Shown here: one piece after another, positions 23,338 to 35,893 of the stretch
Numbering within the stretch: position 1 is the first letter of the stretch
How the letters are laid out: each line of letters opens with the position of its first letter
Source of the DNA: Perkinsus chesapeaki ATCC PRA-425
Lineage: Eukaryota > Protista > Perkinsozoa
Assembly: GCA_013115145.1 (NCBI GenBank)
Contig: JAAPAO010000083.1
Location: 23,035-87,034 of the forward strand
DNA length: 64,000 bases
Reading direction: 5' to 3'
Made by a program: the position numbers and the translations under genes
The notes under the pieces: model-generated
What the model was told of the DNA's origin: nothing
Database searches by the model: none
What the model saw: only the letters and a program-made list of their open reading frames with translations

Positions 23338-24550
23338 TTTATCAAGTTGGATGGGTTGTGCAATATATACCACACTGCATGACATCCTGTCAACTTAGGT
23401 CAAATGATATGAACCCGTATGTGAATTGGTTCGGAAAGGATTATTCCACCATGCATGTATCAGCTATAAACTTGCTGATAGGCAATTCTCTATTACCAGA
23501 AACGGTCATATGTGCCCATAACGATTGTTGTATTCCTATGCTGATGCTATTCTGTGACAGCATCTCTGTCACGACTGAATCGTGACAGAAAAATTCTCTC
23601 AGAAAAATTGTACTGAATGGTCCATCCTTCATGGCAACGACACCTGACCACCCTCGTTCAAATCGACAAATTTACAGTACATCGTCTTGCTCTCCCATAG
23701 TCGACGGATTGTCGATACGTGCACTGTTACGGTGGCAGTGTTACCCATCCGACAGCACAACCACTATAATTTTGTCTCGATGTGCACTTGTCTCCTCTGG
23801 CATCGACTAGTCGGATGAACTATGCTGCATCGTTCAATTATACTTTGCGCCAACTGGCGTCATGTTGAAGCTGCCCCATTATTCTCATGAGAGTCTCATC
23901 CTGCTTGCACACTACGCCCATTCGTTAGTCATCCCTTGAAACAGTGTAATTGTAGTAACTACTACTAGTAAGTAGATGAACGAATGTTTAGTCGAAGTGC
24001 CACTGTAGTACTGCCACTGTGGCAGTGCCAGTGCCACATACTGTTACAAAACCCACATAGCCTAAAACGGGCTGTATAGCTTTCTTCAGTGGGGAGAGAT
24101 GGAAACACGAATAGTAAGTCCTGCGTTGGCGTAGTTTCAGCGGCTGAGGTTCAGCTCTGCGCCAGGGCCCCTGACTAGTAGCACGCGAGAGGGTTTGAAT
24201 GATGTACGCGGTTGCGTTATGATGGTTACCATTGAACTGCTCTGGTATTGCTCTATCATCCCAGTTCGATCATCGTGAGTTGTTCCCAAATCACGTTTTA
24301 CGATTATCCGACAATCACGTGTACTCGAATGATTGCGGTTCGGTCATGCCTACTAACAAAACCCAACTCCTCTAGTAAGTGGTGTGAGACATAAATATCG
24401 GGCAACCCCGTAGGTGGGAGGCCTAAGCCTGTTTATGTGAAGTGGAGTTCAACATATAGCGTATTGTTAGACAGATTCGAAGTTGCGCAAACTGAGCTCG
24501 CTGAGCCAAGGGTACTGCAACGGCCTGTCCAAACTACAGAGGATTAGGCC

Positions 24551-24778
24551 CTAAGCCTTGGGGCGACACTCGAAGTCGACGCAGAGGCATTGGCCTCCTT
24601 CTGGGCAACTTTTCTTATCGAGGACGTTGCAGTGGCGGACAGGGCCGCTGCACAGACCAGCGGCGCACTGACATTCCATACCAGGAGCGCAATCTCCTTG
24701 ATGCTGACACTTCTTCCCGGCATAAACGGCCACGATGATGAAGATGAGAACCTTGCTTAGACGAGAGATCGAATTCAT
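24551..24778 (-). CDS. Small secreted cysteine-rich peptide (75 aa, 10 Cys in two repeats)
   Basis: MNSISRLSKVLIFIIVAVYAG-KKCQHQGDCAPGMECQCAAGLC-SGPVRH-CNVLDKKSCPEGGQCLCVDFEC-RPKA*. Confidence 0.75.
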   Translation of the reverse strand: MNSISRLSKVLIFIIVAVYAGKKCQHQGDCAPGMECQCAAGLCSGPVRHCNVLDKKSCPEGGQCLCVDFECRPKA

Positions 24779-26550
24779 CGATGTGAAAAAGCTAAAGACA
24801 TCACAAAGACACTTGCAAGCACGATCCAAGGGGCTCGGTATATCGTTGACGGTAGAAGTAGTCTGTGGCGTTCCCAGCTAGTCGGTGTTTCCTAGCAGTA
24901 AACTCTGGTACACTATCTGACAGGCTTCATTCAAAGGTTAATACAACATAGTAAGGATTAGCGAGGTGCGTTCATATTGCGCATGACAAGAGATCGCTGG
25001 GATACGTGTAATCCAAGAAGTAGATACCGTATATATTAGTAAAGTGGTATTTAGTAGCACGCATGCGCGTGACATCACGCGTACACAGTTTCCGGGGGTA
25101 ACTTGACTTAGCTAAACAATGAGAGTAGAATGAGAGGGCTACTTTCCTTCTTTTGGAAAGCTGGCCGGCAAGGCAGTGTTATGCACGATCGGCCCGGATC
25201 GGTAAAGTGCTCTTATCTTTCTACCATACCTAGTTCGTTCACCTCTCACGAACGACTTCAGCTGTTTGGACCGGATGTATATGATCTCTGGGTTGGAGTT
25301 CCCGAAACACTGCAATGTGCTCGCATTGTGTACACAAAAAGTAACATTTGCTTCTTCGACAAATCTTCGTGATTCTTCAAAAGGGTCTGTATGTTTTGTG
25401 CTTCATTAGGCTTATTTGCTAACGTGCATGTTCATAGTTGTAGTTGCACGCATACACATAGAATAGCTAAGTCGGTGCAAATGGATGTCCCGACGGTTGT
25501 CGCGGTATCAGCTGATGGACTCCGAAGAATAACACAACAAAGGAGCTTGAGCCAGAATACCAATACTACGACCCTGGGACAATAGGTATAAACGCAATAA
25601 CTGCACTTAAGTTCTGCACCAATCTATGTGTACGCAAACACAATTACTCTGCGGAACTAAGCGATATTGGGCTCGACAGCCATAAAGCAGAAAGCAAAGG
25701 TTTAATCCATCAGACCAACCTCCAGGATGTAGTAATATCCTTCGGGACATAATAAGTTGTGGGGAAAGCAGTAGTATATCCAAATAGTAATCATTCTGGG
25801 GTCCAGATTGATTAGGCCAGATTCTGGACCCACAACACGGTCAAGGCCCGCCTCCATGTACGATATATCATTGACTTGGGTTGCACCAATGCCGACTCAA
25901 ATGCAAATTGATTCATTTGTTTAGCTATGCCGATTCCGGCGTTGGACTACAGCAGAATCCACTGGGGGTTTCAAAACGTGATCGTTGAGGGCAGAGGTAC
26001 GCAGTGCGTACGTTCGGATATTTGTATGCGGTTTCTCCGATCTTCTACGTGACCGAGTCGGATAGTCGAATGTGGGTCGTAAGAACGGTAGGCGAATGCC
26101 ATTCACCGAATGAAGAGAGGGTGATTTATTGGACAGAAAGTGAGTTGAAATTGGTTCGAAGCCAGCGCAAACCCTCGTTCTGCTTGGTCGTTAGTCGATC
26201 ACTCTTCATTGCCTCATGTACCACCCACCGGTCAAAGGCGATAGTAGTCTCGGCATCAGAACTTTCAACCCGTGAGATGATACAACTTGGACCTCCTCAA
26301 CTGTCATCTGGTCGAAACGAATCTCATGCAAGCTGCGGCGCACCAGTCCCGATAGCAGCCGATGGTGATGTGCCAGTTGCTAGTTCCTACCTTCCATCCC
26401 GTGCAGTCGTAATGACGTTATAATGTCAACAGGAAGGGACCATAGATGCTGTTGTTGTGGATTTCACAATAACTGGAAGTATAGAATGTGGAGGTTCATC
26501 GTAGCTCGTTATCGCGTGCTAGTTGTGCAGAGTACTGTGCATGACAGCAT

Positions 26551-26612
26551 TGGTATAAGTATTACATCTGAGCCTGCACGCATGCACACTGCGCAGGTTC
26601 GAACCCCAGCTC
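26551..26612 (+). other. Degenerate tRNA-like/Pol III box A-box B remnant
   Basis: tggtataagt ... tgcacgc ... gcgcaggttcgaacccc (tRNA-Ser-like T arm); no complete cloverleaf. Confidence 0.3.
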
Positions 26613-26864
26613 ATATATTTCTTCTGCCTTGTCCGTATTCGTAATTTAAACTCGGGCCATCGGTTCTACTACAAAGATAAGCCTCTGTGGCATTTCCTAT
26701 GATCGGGAACACTTTGCGTTGAGCCCCGGTGGACAATCAATCGGGGGCCTTCTTGACAGTATTGGCCGATACTTTCACTTAACCACCTTGAAGATGCTTA
26801 ACTCACATGGGAAGGCTATGAACGATCGGCAAATGAGTTTTGTTGGGAAGTTACTTTTTTGGAA

Positions 26865-29800
26865 ATGATTCGAAGCCCGTCGTGTGGCGTATTACGTACG
26901 TTATCATCATCGATAAGCCATTCCTGTCGAGCTATTGCCGCACCAGTTACTGGGCAAAGATTCTTTTCGAGGTAGAATACGACCCTTCAGAGAGTGAGAC
27001 TTATTTTATTCAGCGAGTCTGATGAGTCCCTGAAATACGATCTTGTCGTAGTTGGTGGTGGGCCCGCTGGGCTATCGGCTGCCATCCGAGCCAAACAGGT
27101 ATAATTAGTCTCATAACATTCTTTTTCCGACTCTCCCCGTTTCAGTTGGATTCGAGCCTTTCAGTCTGCATTCTAGAAAAGGGCTCCGAGATAGGAGCCC
27201 ATATCCTCTCCGGCAACATATTCGAACCTCGGGCTTTGGATGAACTTCTGCCAGACTGGCGAGAGGTAGGCAGTCGGTGACGTAATCTGGGATGTAAGTT
27301 CTATCAGCAAAAGCCTGGCTGGGCGCAGACTCCTGTGACCCATGATGACTTCGTTTATCTTCCTACTGCAAAGCATGCCATAAAATCGCCGATACTGCCT
27401 TCAGCGATGAGTAATGATGGCAATTATATCATCTCACTGGGAGACCTATGCCGATGGATGAGCCAGAAGGCAGAGGAGGAAGGTAATATGGTGAAGTTGA
27501 ATCGGCTGGGTGATGTTAAAAGTATTACTGAATACAAGAACTGCTTCGATATCCGGGATTTATCTGCCGCCTGTATTTACCACTAATTGTCTACTCGTCG
27601 TTAGGTTTATTATTAGTGTGAGGTATCATATGAATGCTGATAGATCTTGAAAAGCTAGTATTAGTGTTTAGCCCAACATCAGTCCGACAAAGCAATTGAG
27701 TTTGATTGAGAATTAGTTGCTTGTAAGACTTACACATTCGTTTCCCACATGGATCGCTCTATATGTTTATATTTCCAGGAAACCTAAGGAGGCAACATCC
27801 TATCACCAATATCGCGTTCTTAGTTCTTTACAGCTCCACCGCTATGGTGGACCACCATATGGTCAAAATACCATTTTTAGGTGTTGAGGTATATCCTGGA
27901 TTTGCCGTATCTGAGGACCCAGTTATTGATGATAAAGGGCGGATGGTTGGAGTTAGAATACGGGATCAAGGGATTGCCAAAGATGGTCATCACAAGCCTA
28001 ACTATGAGCCGGGGGTGAAGATATATGGTAATAATATCTTATATTAACTATTGTATGTATTATAATGATAGCTGTCAGAGTATCACTTATAGCTCAATTG
28101 AAAGGGAGTGGTACTTGTAGTATGGGTGTTTGAGTGGCGCTGGTCAGTTGGGGTCTCGAAGTTGAATATGAGCTTTGGCATGTAGCTGTGTCATAGGGTA
28201 GGGGTAGAGTGAGGCGATCACGATGATGATGGTGATGCAATCGGGTTATATTCTCTGGCATGGTAGCATCATTTTTAGAAAGCAATGAGATGAATCTCAG
28301 AAATGGAGAAATGTGGTATATACCAAAATCTAGCATAATCTTTGATAGTAGAATGACAAGTAGGGCTAAGTTTCCCTTGTATTTTAGGTCGTCAAGTGAT
28401 ACTTGCGGAAGGGGCCAGAGGTTCACTATCACTTGCCACGGTAAATCGTTATAATCTCCGAGCTGGCAGATGCCCACCTAAATACTCTCTGGGAGTTAAA
28501 GAGGTTTGGCAGGTCGATCCTAAGGTACGGAAATTGGTGGTACGGTGAGTTTGATATGCTTGGTGTAGATGAGCATGCCTGGTCATGTAACACATACTGT
28601 GGGGTATCCTTTGGATTATTTTACGTATGGTGGTGGATTCATATACCATATGAATAGTAATAGTGGGGCGCGGGTTCGAATCCCACGGGTGTCATTTTTC
28701 TGTGGAAATATATGTTGGAGTCGGTCATAGAAGTCCATTATAGCGGAGTTCTAATCATTTCTCAACGATCCCAGGCGGGGGGCTATGAAGAACAGCAATT
28801 AAGGTCTCGTGCATTTTCATCAGATAATCTGGTTCATCTGGGATTCGTGACAGGTCTGGGTTACACCAATACTAATAGGTCGCCCTATATGGAGTTACAA
28901 AAGTAAGTTGTGTTGGCTGATCCCTATAATGTACTCGATGAACTATAGACTGCTGTTGTCCTAGTTGTTGTATATGAAAAACTATCTTTCGAATAGATAG
29001 CATTTATATTACAAGACCCGAGACTGGCCCGTCTGGTTACTTGATTAGCGTACTGTATATAGCGAGGCTGCTGCTTTCAGGTATAAAACTCACAGTATGT
29101 TGAAAGAGCTGCTGGATGGGGGTAAATGTGTTGGCTATGGTGCTAGGGTTATTAATACTGGTAATAAGTGGGAAGCGGTTAATATGATATACAAACGTAT
29201 TTTTATTTAGCATACAGTACGTGCAATTACTGTGCGTTGGGATTCCCAATATACTCATCCCACCTTGGGATGATTACCTGTTCGTTTGTCAAGTTCACTG
29301 AATATCTAGAATGAGAAAAACTGAGAGTGACTCAAATTGCAGGAGGGAGAATTATGGTTCGTTTTTCCCGCTTTGCCACCGATCCTCCTGGTGTAAAAGT
29401 TTTGGAGTTTTATCCTCGTAAAACAGTTTACGAACTTATATGGATACCAGTGTATCAAGTGCCTCAGTGTAGCAATAATAATCAGTTCCTCCTGCCAACT
29501 AGCATCTACTCCGGTCATCTTGAAGTAAGACTGTTGATCCTTGTTGACTTTCCCGAGAAAGGAATGAGGCCCTGTATGTTATATTAAGATGTCTACGTTA
29601 TTGTTGTGTATAGGTGGTTATCAATCCTTACCATCGGTATCGTTCCCAGGAGGAATGTTGATAGGGGATGCGGCTGGATTCTTGAATGCTCAGAAAATTA
29701 AGGTAGTAGCAGGAGGGAAGGTTTTACATATGATTTGCGGCGTCTTTCGTGTGCGGTAAAGTCGGGAGGAGTGGCTGTGCTGGCGAGCATAGAAGGTGAA

Positions 29801-32036
29801 GTTCCAATTGGGAAGTCATTTAGCTCAAGATGCGTCCCTCGAGGATGAAAGAAATCTTGCTGGAAAATGCAGGAAGTCCATTCCTCGATCCGAGTCGCTC
29901 AAAAATGATTGCTTTTTCAAGGTGTTTCGAGTGGTATACTTTAGGGCACTCACACGGCGATGAAAACAGGGATGTTAGCGGCCGAAGCAGCTGTTGCTGA
30001 TATAAATGATGGTGCAGAGGAGGGGCATGTATGCAGTAGATATGAGCATGCTGTTAAGGACAGCTGGGCTTATAAGGAGTTATATGTAGTTAAGGGAAGA
30101 GGGATGGGGGGATACTGAGGGGTAGGAAATGATTTATTAATGCTGGATGATACTTAGTTTTTATTGGATATAATTTATATACATCGTAGGAAGATTATTG
30201 TATTGGAGATATCCGGCGAACTACTGGATATATTATATGATACATGTCGGAGCTATTGAGACAATTGTGATGGAATGAGCTAGGCGTTTCCTTTCTGAGG
30301 GTATCTTTTCCAGAATCATCTCCTGATGTTGACAGGACCGGCTTAGATAATTAGTATACAGCTTCAATTTGAGCTTCCTGAATACTACCTAGATAGATTT
30401 GCTTTTGGAAGCTCACATAACTCACTGAAAAATATTAATTATAGTATCAGTGTGTCTCTCTGTTGATAAAATCTATCGCATAACGTCCACATGGTTTACT
30501 TATTAGTTGCTCCTGTTATAGCAACTGCTCCTGTTATAGCAACTGCTCCTGTTATAGCAACTGCTCCTGTTATAGCAACTGCTCCTGTTATAGCAACTGC
30601 TCNNNNNNNNNNNNNNNNNNNNNNNNNNNNNNNNNNNNNNNNNNNNNNNNNNNNNNNNNNNNNNNNNNNNNNNNNNNNNNNNNNNNNNNNNNNNNNNNGC
30701 TCCTGTTAAAGCAACTGCTCCTGTTATAGCAACTGCTCCTGTTAAAGCAACTGCTCCTGTTATAGCAAGTGCTCCTGTTATAGCAAGTGCTCCTGTTATA
30801 TTAGTGCTTATTATGCACTCCTGTGGTTCTTTTTGTTGATATAATTATCATTGCTATTCAGGGTGTCCGTAATATCCATCCGGCATTCAAGACAGGTCTG
30901 TTCTCGGGTTTGGGTTACGGTGCGTTCTGGTTGATGAGTAAAGGTAGAGAGCCATGGACCTTTAAGTAGAGATGATTGGGGGAAATACGGTATGAAACTG
31001 GGTGGGTGAATTAGGTGGTCTAAGGATGATGCAGCAAGAACTAAGAAGGCATCTAAATGTAGAGAGATTGAATATCCTAAAGCTGATGGTAATACTGGGT
31101 ATAGGCGGGGGTGTAGACAGCTTGTTAAAAGTAGGCATTTCCTTAGTAAGGTGATCGGTGCGGTTTCTCGGAAAATCGGACGAGCGAGGTGACATAGTTT
31201 TGTATCATATATCTTCGGCAGGTAAACTAACGTTCGAGCTGCTGGACCAATTACCATTAACTGGAGTTGATCATGAGCCGGATCAGCCATCACATCTGAA
31301 GATTAAGCCGGGGATGGAGGAGGTGCCGAAAAAGGTTATAATGCGGGACGTTGGGGGACGGGAGTGCTCTTAATAGTTTTGTGTTGATGCGATGCTCGGC
31401 AATTTATGGGCAGTTAATCCTGCAGATTAACTGTTTTTCAAAGGTTTAATAATTTCGTTGACGGTCGCTGGGCTCTATGCTTGACTTTCAGACATATGTG
31501 TAATTCTGGGAAGTAAAAGGGGAAATCCTTTAATCCCCTTTAAGAGAGGGTTTTGTTACTGGGATGGGAAGTGTGCAATCGACAACATAGGACATTCGTT
31601 ATAGTTATGAAGAAAGGTTGTTGTGGAGGAGGTGGAGGAGGCTTTTCCGATGATAAGATGGTCTGGTGGTATTGTGTTTCTGCGCCATAAACGTGAATCT
31701 ACAAGTAAATTTACGGAATTTGGTATAAAATGTTTCTCCAACGAGGACGATCGATGATAATAATATATTTTAACGTCCTTTGATCGATGCTGGCTGCGGA
31801 GTTTCGGCAGGAATCACCCCTACTGTTTTTTTGGGCAGGTGTCGTTCGGCGAGTACGATGGCCCAGAGCAGCGATTCTGCCCGGCTAAAGTTTACGAATA
31901 CGACGATAAGGGAAATCTGACGATTCACGCTCAAAATTGCATACACTGCAAAACATGCAGTATTAAGACACCGGGGCACTTTATCGATTGGACGGTCCCC
32001 GAGGGGGGAGGAGGACCGCAGTATGGCAGTATGTAA
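26865..32036 (+). CDS. ETFDH: Electron transfer flavoprotein-ubiquinone oxidoreductase, mitochondrial, multi-exon
   Basis: Transit-peptide-like exon 1; [131 protein letters not shown] (4Fe-4S). Confidence 0.97.
28665..28699 (+). pseudogene. tRNA 3'-half fragment (Leu-like) with T5 run, at the 5' end of an ETFDH intron
   Basis: Donor GT at 28657; ggggcgcgggttcgaatcccacgggtgtca-ttttt; no 5' half nearby. Confidence 0.75.
30509..30800 (+). repeat. 18-bp minisatellite (gctcctgttatagcaact)n spanning a 96-N assembly gap (30603-30698), intronic
   Basis: Tandem units on both sides of the gap. Confidence 0.97.
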
Positions 32037-32108
32037 GAAGCGCACGCCCTGGTGATCGATTATAGTTTGGCGGCCTCGGAAAGAGGCATACCTGCTGAAT
32101 TTGTTCTT

Positions 32109-32140
32109 AAAAATGGCATATGCCGGGATAGAACCGGGTT
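32109..32140 (-). pseudogene. Degenerate tRNA 3'-end-like fragment with T5
   Basis: Minus strand aacccggttctatcccggcatatgcca-ttttt resembles a tRNA-Gly-type 3' end. Confidence 0.3.
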
Positions 32141-32659
32141 ATGCCTTGGTTAGAGTTTGTACTTGGTTTATTTGTTGGCCAATCGAGTGTTTATGGTTTC
32201 GTTGAGCAATTGTTTTGATGAGTTGGAAGTGTTTATAGGGGAGGGGTCCTGAGGAGGGGGACAGGAATTGTGTGGGAAGGCAATGAGGGATTCTGCGAAG
32301 ACAAGTCGCAGGTGGACGGGGCTGAAATGGGATTTAATGTAATGATTCCTTTACGAAGGGTTTGGCAGAAAATATGAGTTTGTATTCTCTATAAAGTGAT
32401 GAGTTTCGGGAATCATAGCTGCAAGGATTGGAGGATTGGAGGAGGAGATAATTGGAAGGACTGCAGTGGAGTGGATTCCCAGCAATTTGTTTTGGAAAGC
32501 ACTGGTGCTTGGAGGTACAGTTCGAGCCGGAGTCGGTTCCTTGTCCTGTCCCATTGTGTTATAGTCACACAGTGCTAGTGCAAGCCAATCTAGCTAGTGA
32601 GTGAGTGCTTCAACTGTAGCGTGGAGGCAGTTCACTTTGCTGTATTTGCTCGTTATCAT

Positions 32660-32675
32660 GTAGTCTTGGCTCAAG
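32660..32675 (+). other. Relict spliced-leader fragment
   Basis: gtag-tcttggctcaag vs Perkinsus/dinoflagellate SL DCCGTAGCCATYTTGGCTCAAG (last 12 nt exact, 3-nt gap); not followed by GT. Confidence 0.55.
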
Positions 32676-32748
32676 TTGAGGCATCTCTGCTGATTTTTTT
32701 TCTTCTGGTTTGTTCTGGCACATTTTCTGCTGTCGACTATTGACTGGA

Positions 32749-32891
32749 TATGTATATATATACTCATGATACTACTGTTGTATGTATGTATATACTCATG
32801 ATACTACTGTTGTATGTATATATATACTCATGATACTACTGTTGTATGTATATATATACTCATGATACTACTGTTGTATGTATATATATAC
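32749..32891 (+). repeat. 32-bp minisatellite, ~4.5 copies
   Basis: tatgtatatatatactcatgatactactgttg units at 32749, 32781, 32813, 32845, partial 32877. Confidence 0.97.
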
Positions 32892-33375
32892 ATTCATTTA
32901 GATGTCTATTCGGCACTGCACGGTATCTGTGCCGCACATTGTGTGGCGGTGGTCCGCTATCGGTACCAACTGCAGAAAAGCCAGATGATTAGCCCATGAG
33001 TGTATTAATTGTTGTGTTACAAGGATCGGCTCGCGAAGGCGAAGATACTGTATTATATATAGGAGATTCACCATCCGGGGTTTGCGGGTGAGAATCCATA
33101 GTAGTGAAATATTGGTAGGCGAGCGCATGGAGAGGATGAGATATAATTTCTACCTACACAGTGGGTGTTCCCGAGATTGATTTACCGTCTGATTAGTGCT
33201 TCTATCCGCGAACGCGCTCCCGCTTCTCGCGCGAAAAGATTCCTGGGAGGTCTAGATTTTGTGTGTGTATGAGGTTCTCAACGACGATGCTGAGAGATTT
33301 AGGGATTTTTTCTGTCCGGGAGTGCCGGGAATTGAGATGATCGGACCGATTTCTTCTTGAAAATGTATTCGGAGC

Positions 33376-34123
33376 ATGGAAAATGAAGTTCTGTCAGAGT
33401 TGATTGTATTAATTATGGTTATGCATTATATAGAAGGATTGTACCAGGGCATGTCAGTGAAGGTGGACGAGGTGAAGGAACGTTTGGCGAGTAATTGCTC
33501 CTTCTGTCGAGGGGTAAGCTATCGATCGCCTGATCGATTTGGAAGTGATTTAACGAGAGTATGGAGAAGTTGGGAATTGAATTCATAGGGGACGTGGATT
33601 TTGATTCCATCCAGGGTTATAGTCAACGGACTAGTATCAGTTCGTTGTCACTATTGAGCGGTCTATCGTCCATGTTTCATTGATGTTGTTACCTCACTAA
33701 CTATATTATTATCCTATAGTGGATCAATGCCTTGTGAAGATGCATCACCGTTCATTAATTATCTTATCTTTGAAATGCATTACTTCAGCCGCATTGAAGG
33801 TCAGGGCGGATCTTGGGCTTTCAAGAACAGGAGGAACACCTGGGTGGAAATAAGACGGAATTTTCTTAGTATGTTCCTTTTATTAGGATATATTGTCCTT
33901 CCTCCGTCCTTCCACGGATAAGGCCAAAGATTGGTATAAAGATACAGCTGGAGGGCTGCGGCATTCACCGGTTACCTTTACTGAGGAGGAAGCTAATGTT
34001 GTTAATAATAATGGTGGAGATTGTTATACTTGTCGAATGGTAAGCTTCAGGGGTCCTTCGTTGTGGTCGTGTTAATAGAAATGCAGGGAAATGATCGACG
34101 CACTTTTCTTCGGAATTCCATGA
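33376..34123 (+). CDS. Possible small multi-exon hypothetical protein
   Basis: Exon-like blocks bounded by AG/GT (..KERLASNCSFCRG, ..FINYLIFEMHYFSRIE, ..DWYKDTAGGLRHSPVTF..CYTCRM, KCREMIDALFFGIP*); phases not fully verified, no family recognised. Confidence 0.35.
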
Positions 34124-35893
34124 GTATAGGCGAGCTGTGGGTTTTCAATCTCCTTCCCTAAAGCCATGCTGGGCCGACCCACGGAGGTTCTTCAATTTGT
34201 TGTTCAGTAATAAACTTGACAAAATTGACGTGTTCATTTTTGTCTCACTCAAACTGAGGTCGATGAGTGGTATTTTCGCTTGCTAAGTTTTTATTCGTAT
34301 CAGTTTATAACGGCTACGGTCGGGATTAGGTTAAATAGAGATTAGGTATGACTTCCCCCTGCGAGGAATTGCATCAATTTGCACAACGTGAATGTCCAGC
34401 CGTTTTCCGTGGTGGTTTAGCGATGTGGGGATAAATCGATTACCTGATCGATTTACAGTTTGGCTATCAGGTTGGGTTCATAACCTTTGCGGCGACATCA
34501 GCGTATTGTTTAGCAGAGTCCAAGAGAAATGCCGGTGCTGGAAGTAAGGCCCCGAGGGGGAGGGTTCAAATGTCACTAAATCCTAAACGGATTGATCTAC
34601 GCATTTCTATATAATTCTAAATATCTTTACTGTGTGAAAGTTGAGATGTCTTCTTCAAAGTAGATTATGCCTTCGTTGGTGTATTAGACATAATCTTAAT
34701 CGCCACTCGTCCACTAAAGATACGACGGAGTTATTATGAACAACATGAAGAAGTATGTTATAATTAGTGATTAAATATTGCTTTGAGCGTCCACTATGCT
34801 GTGATCCGTAGCCACCGTATTGGTATAATGGCGTTGATAATGCATACAGTACAGAGTGTAATATAATTATCGGGCTTTCAGTTATCACGTTACTTGTTGT
34901 GGTCTAAGAACTTCCTCCGCAGAATCATGGGCGGCATCGGCAGGGTGAAATTGGCGTAAAAGTATCAATTCGATGAAGGAATATTCATAACAAGTACAAT
35001 TGACCGATACATTTCACCAACGGAACGAGCGCTCATTTCGTGGCGTGCAGTCGATACTGGTACATGTTGTTGATGACGAATAAACACTTCGTTATTGAAG
35101 TCCGTCGTTTGTTGGATAAGGGCTCCGACAGGGATGGTTAGATTATTTGGGTATGTTGTCAGGGAAAGTGTTTCAAGGTTTGAGTGGCCTCTTCGGAGGT
35201 TTGGCGGTGGTGAGAGCGCTGACGCCGGCAAGGCCGATAGATATATCGACTTTAAATGTAGAGAAACCGCAGCCAAACTTCATAGTCCCTCCACCTGGTG
35301 TGAATAAGTAGAAGGATGTTATCCTGGAATGTTTTGAGTTTTGGGGAGAGAGCGGTATGAGATTGTTATTGGAGCGCGTTGGTCGAGTGTGATGATTGGC
35401 TTGATTGGTTTTCTGCTGGCCTTGCATGACACTAACTGATTGGCGGATCCCTCGAGCTCTCTACCACACGTTTTATATAAGTTATAATATTTCTTACGTT
35501 AGCCCCACCAAAGCATGCCGAGAAGGGAGGGATAGGATATGAACCATAGAAACGAGGTCGGAATAGGTTAATAGGATTCCCGATAAGATCGGATGTTCGT
35601 ATTAAATATTCCTATCTTATTGTTATTATCCATCGAAAAGAGGGATGTCTCTTCTTGTGGTGAAATGATTCCCAAGCTCCGAAAATTTGTGGTGTGAGTA
35701 AATGTGTTACAGGTCTGATATCTGTGAATTGTTTACTACTGGATTTAGGTCGATTGCTAAGGCAATGTTGTGAGCGGCATACAGTTATTTCGTCGGCCCC
35801 GGGGTCATTTTTGAGGACCATTTCGGAGGGCTTTGAGACTTTGACTTTTCCGGGGATTTCGAGGACATTTTCCGCGTGCGTTAGTTCCTTTCC

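Noticed and set aside
9000-24500. An intact hAT transposase responsible for the scars
   Set aside because: No transposase ORF or clear TIR pair was recognised in this window, so the hAT assignment rests on footprint geometry alone.
25546-25558. Second SL-like relic on the minus strand (attctggctcaag)
   Set aside because: It is 12/13 to the SL 3' end with no upstream SL similarity; too weak to call.
30491-30709. ORF VIATAP-repeat protein
   Set aside because: It is the translation of an intronic minisatellite running into the N gap inside ETFDH.
34650-35430. Possible minus-strand multi-exon gene divergent from the RluA fusion
   Set aside because: There are coding-looking pieces, but the phases could not be reconciled and no family was recognised.
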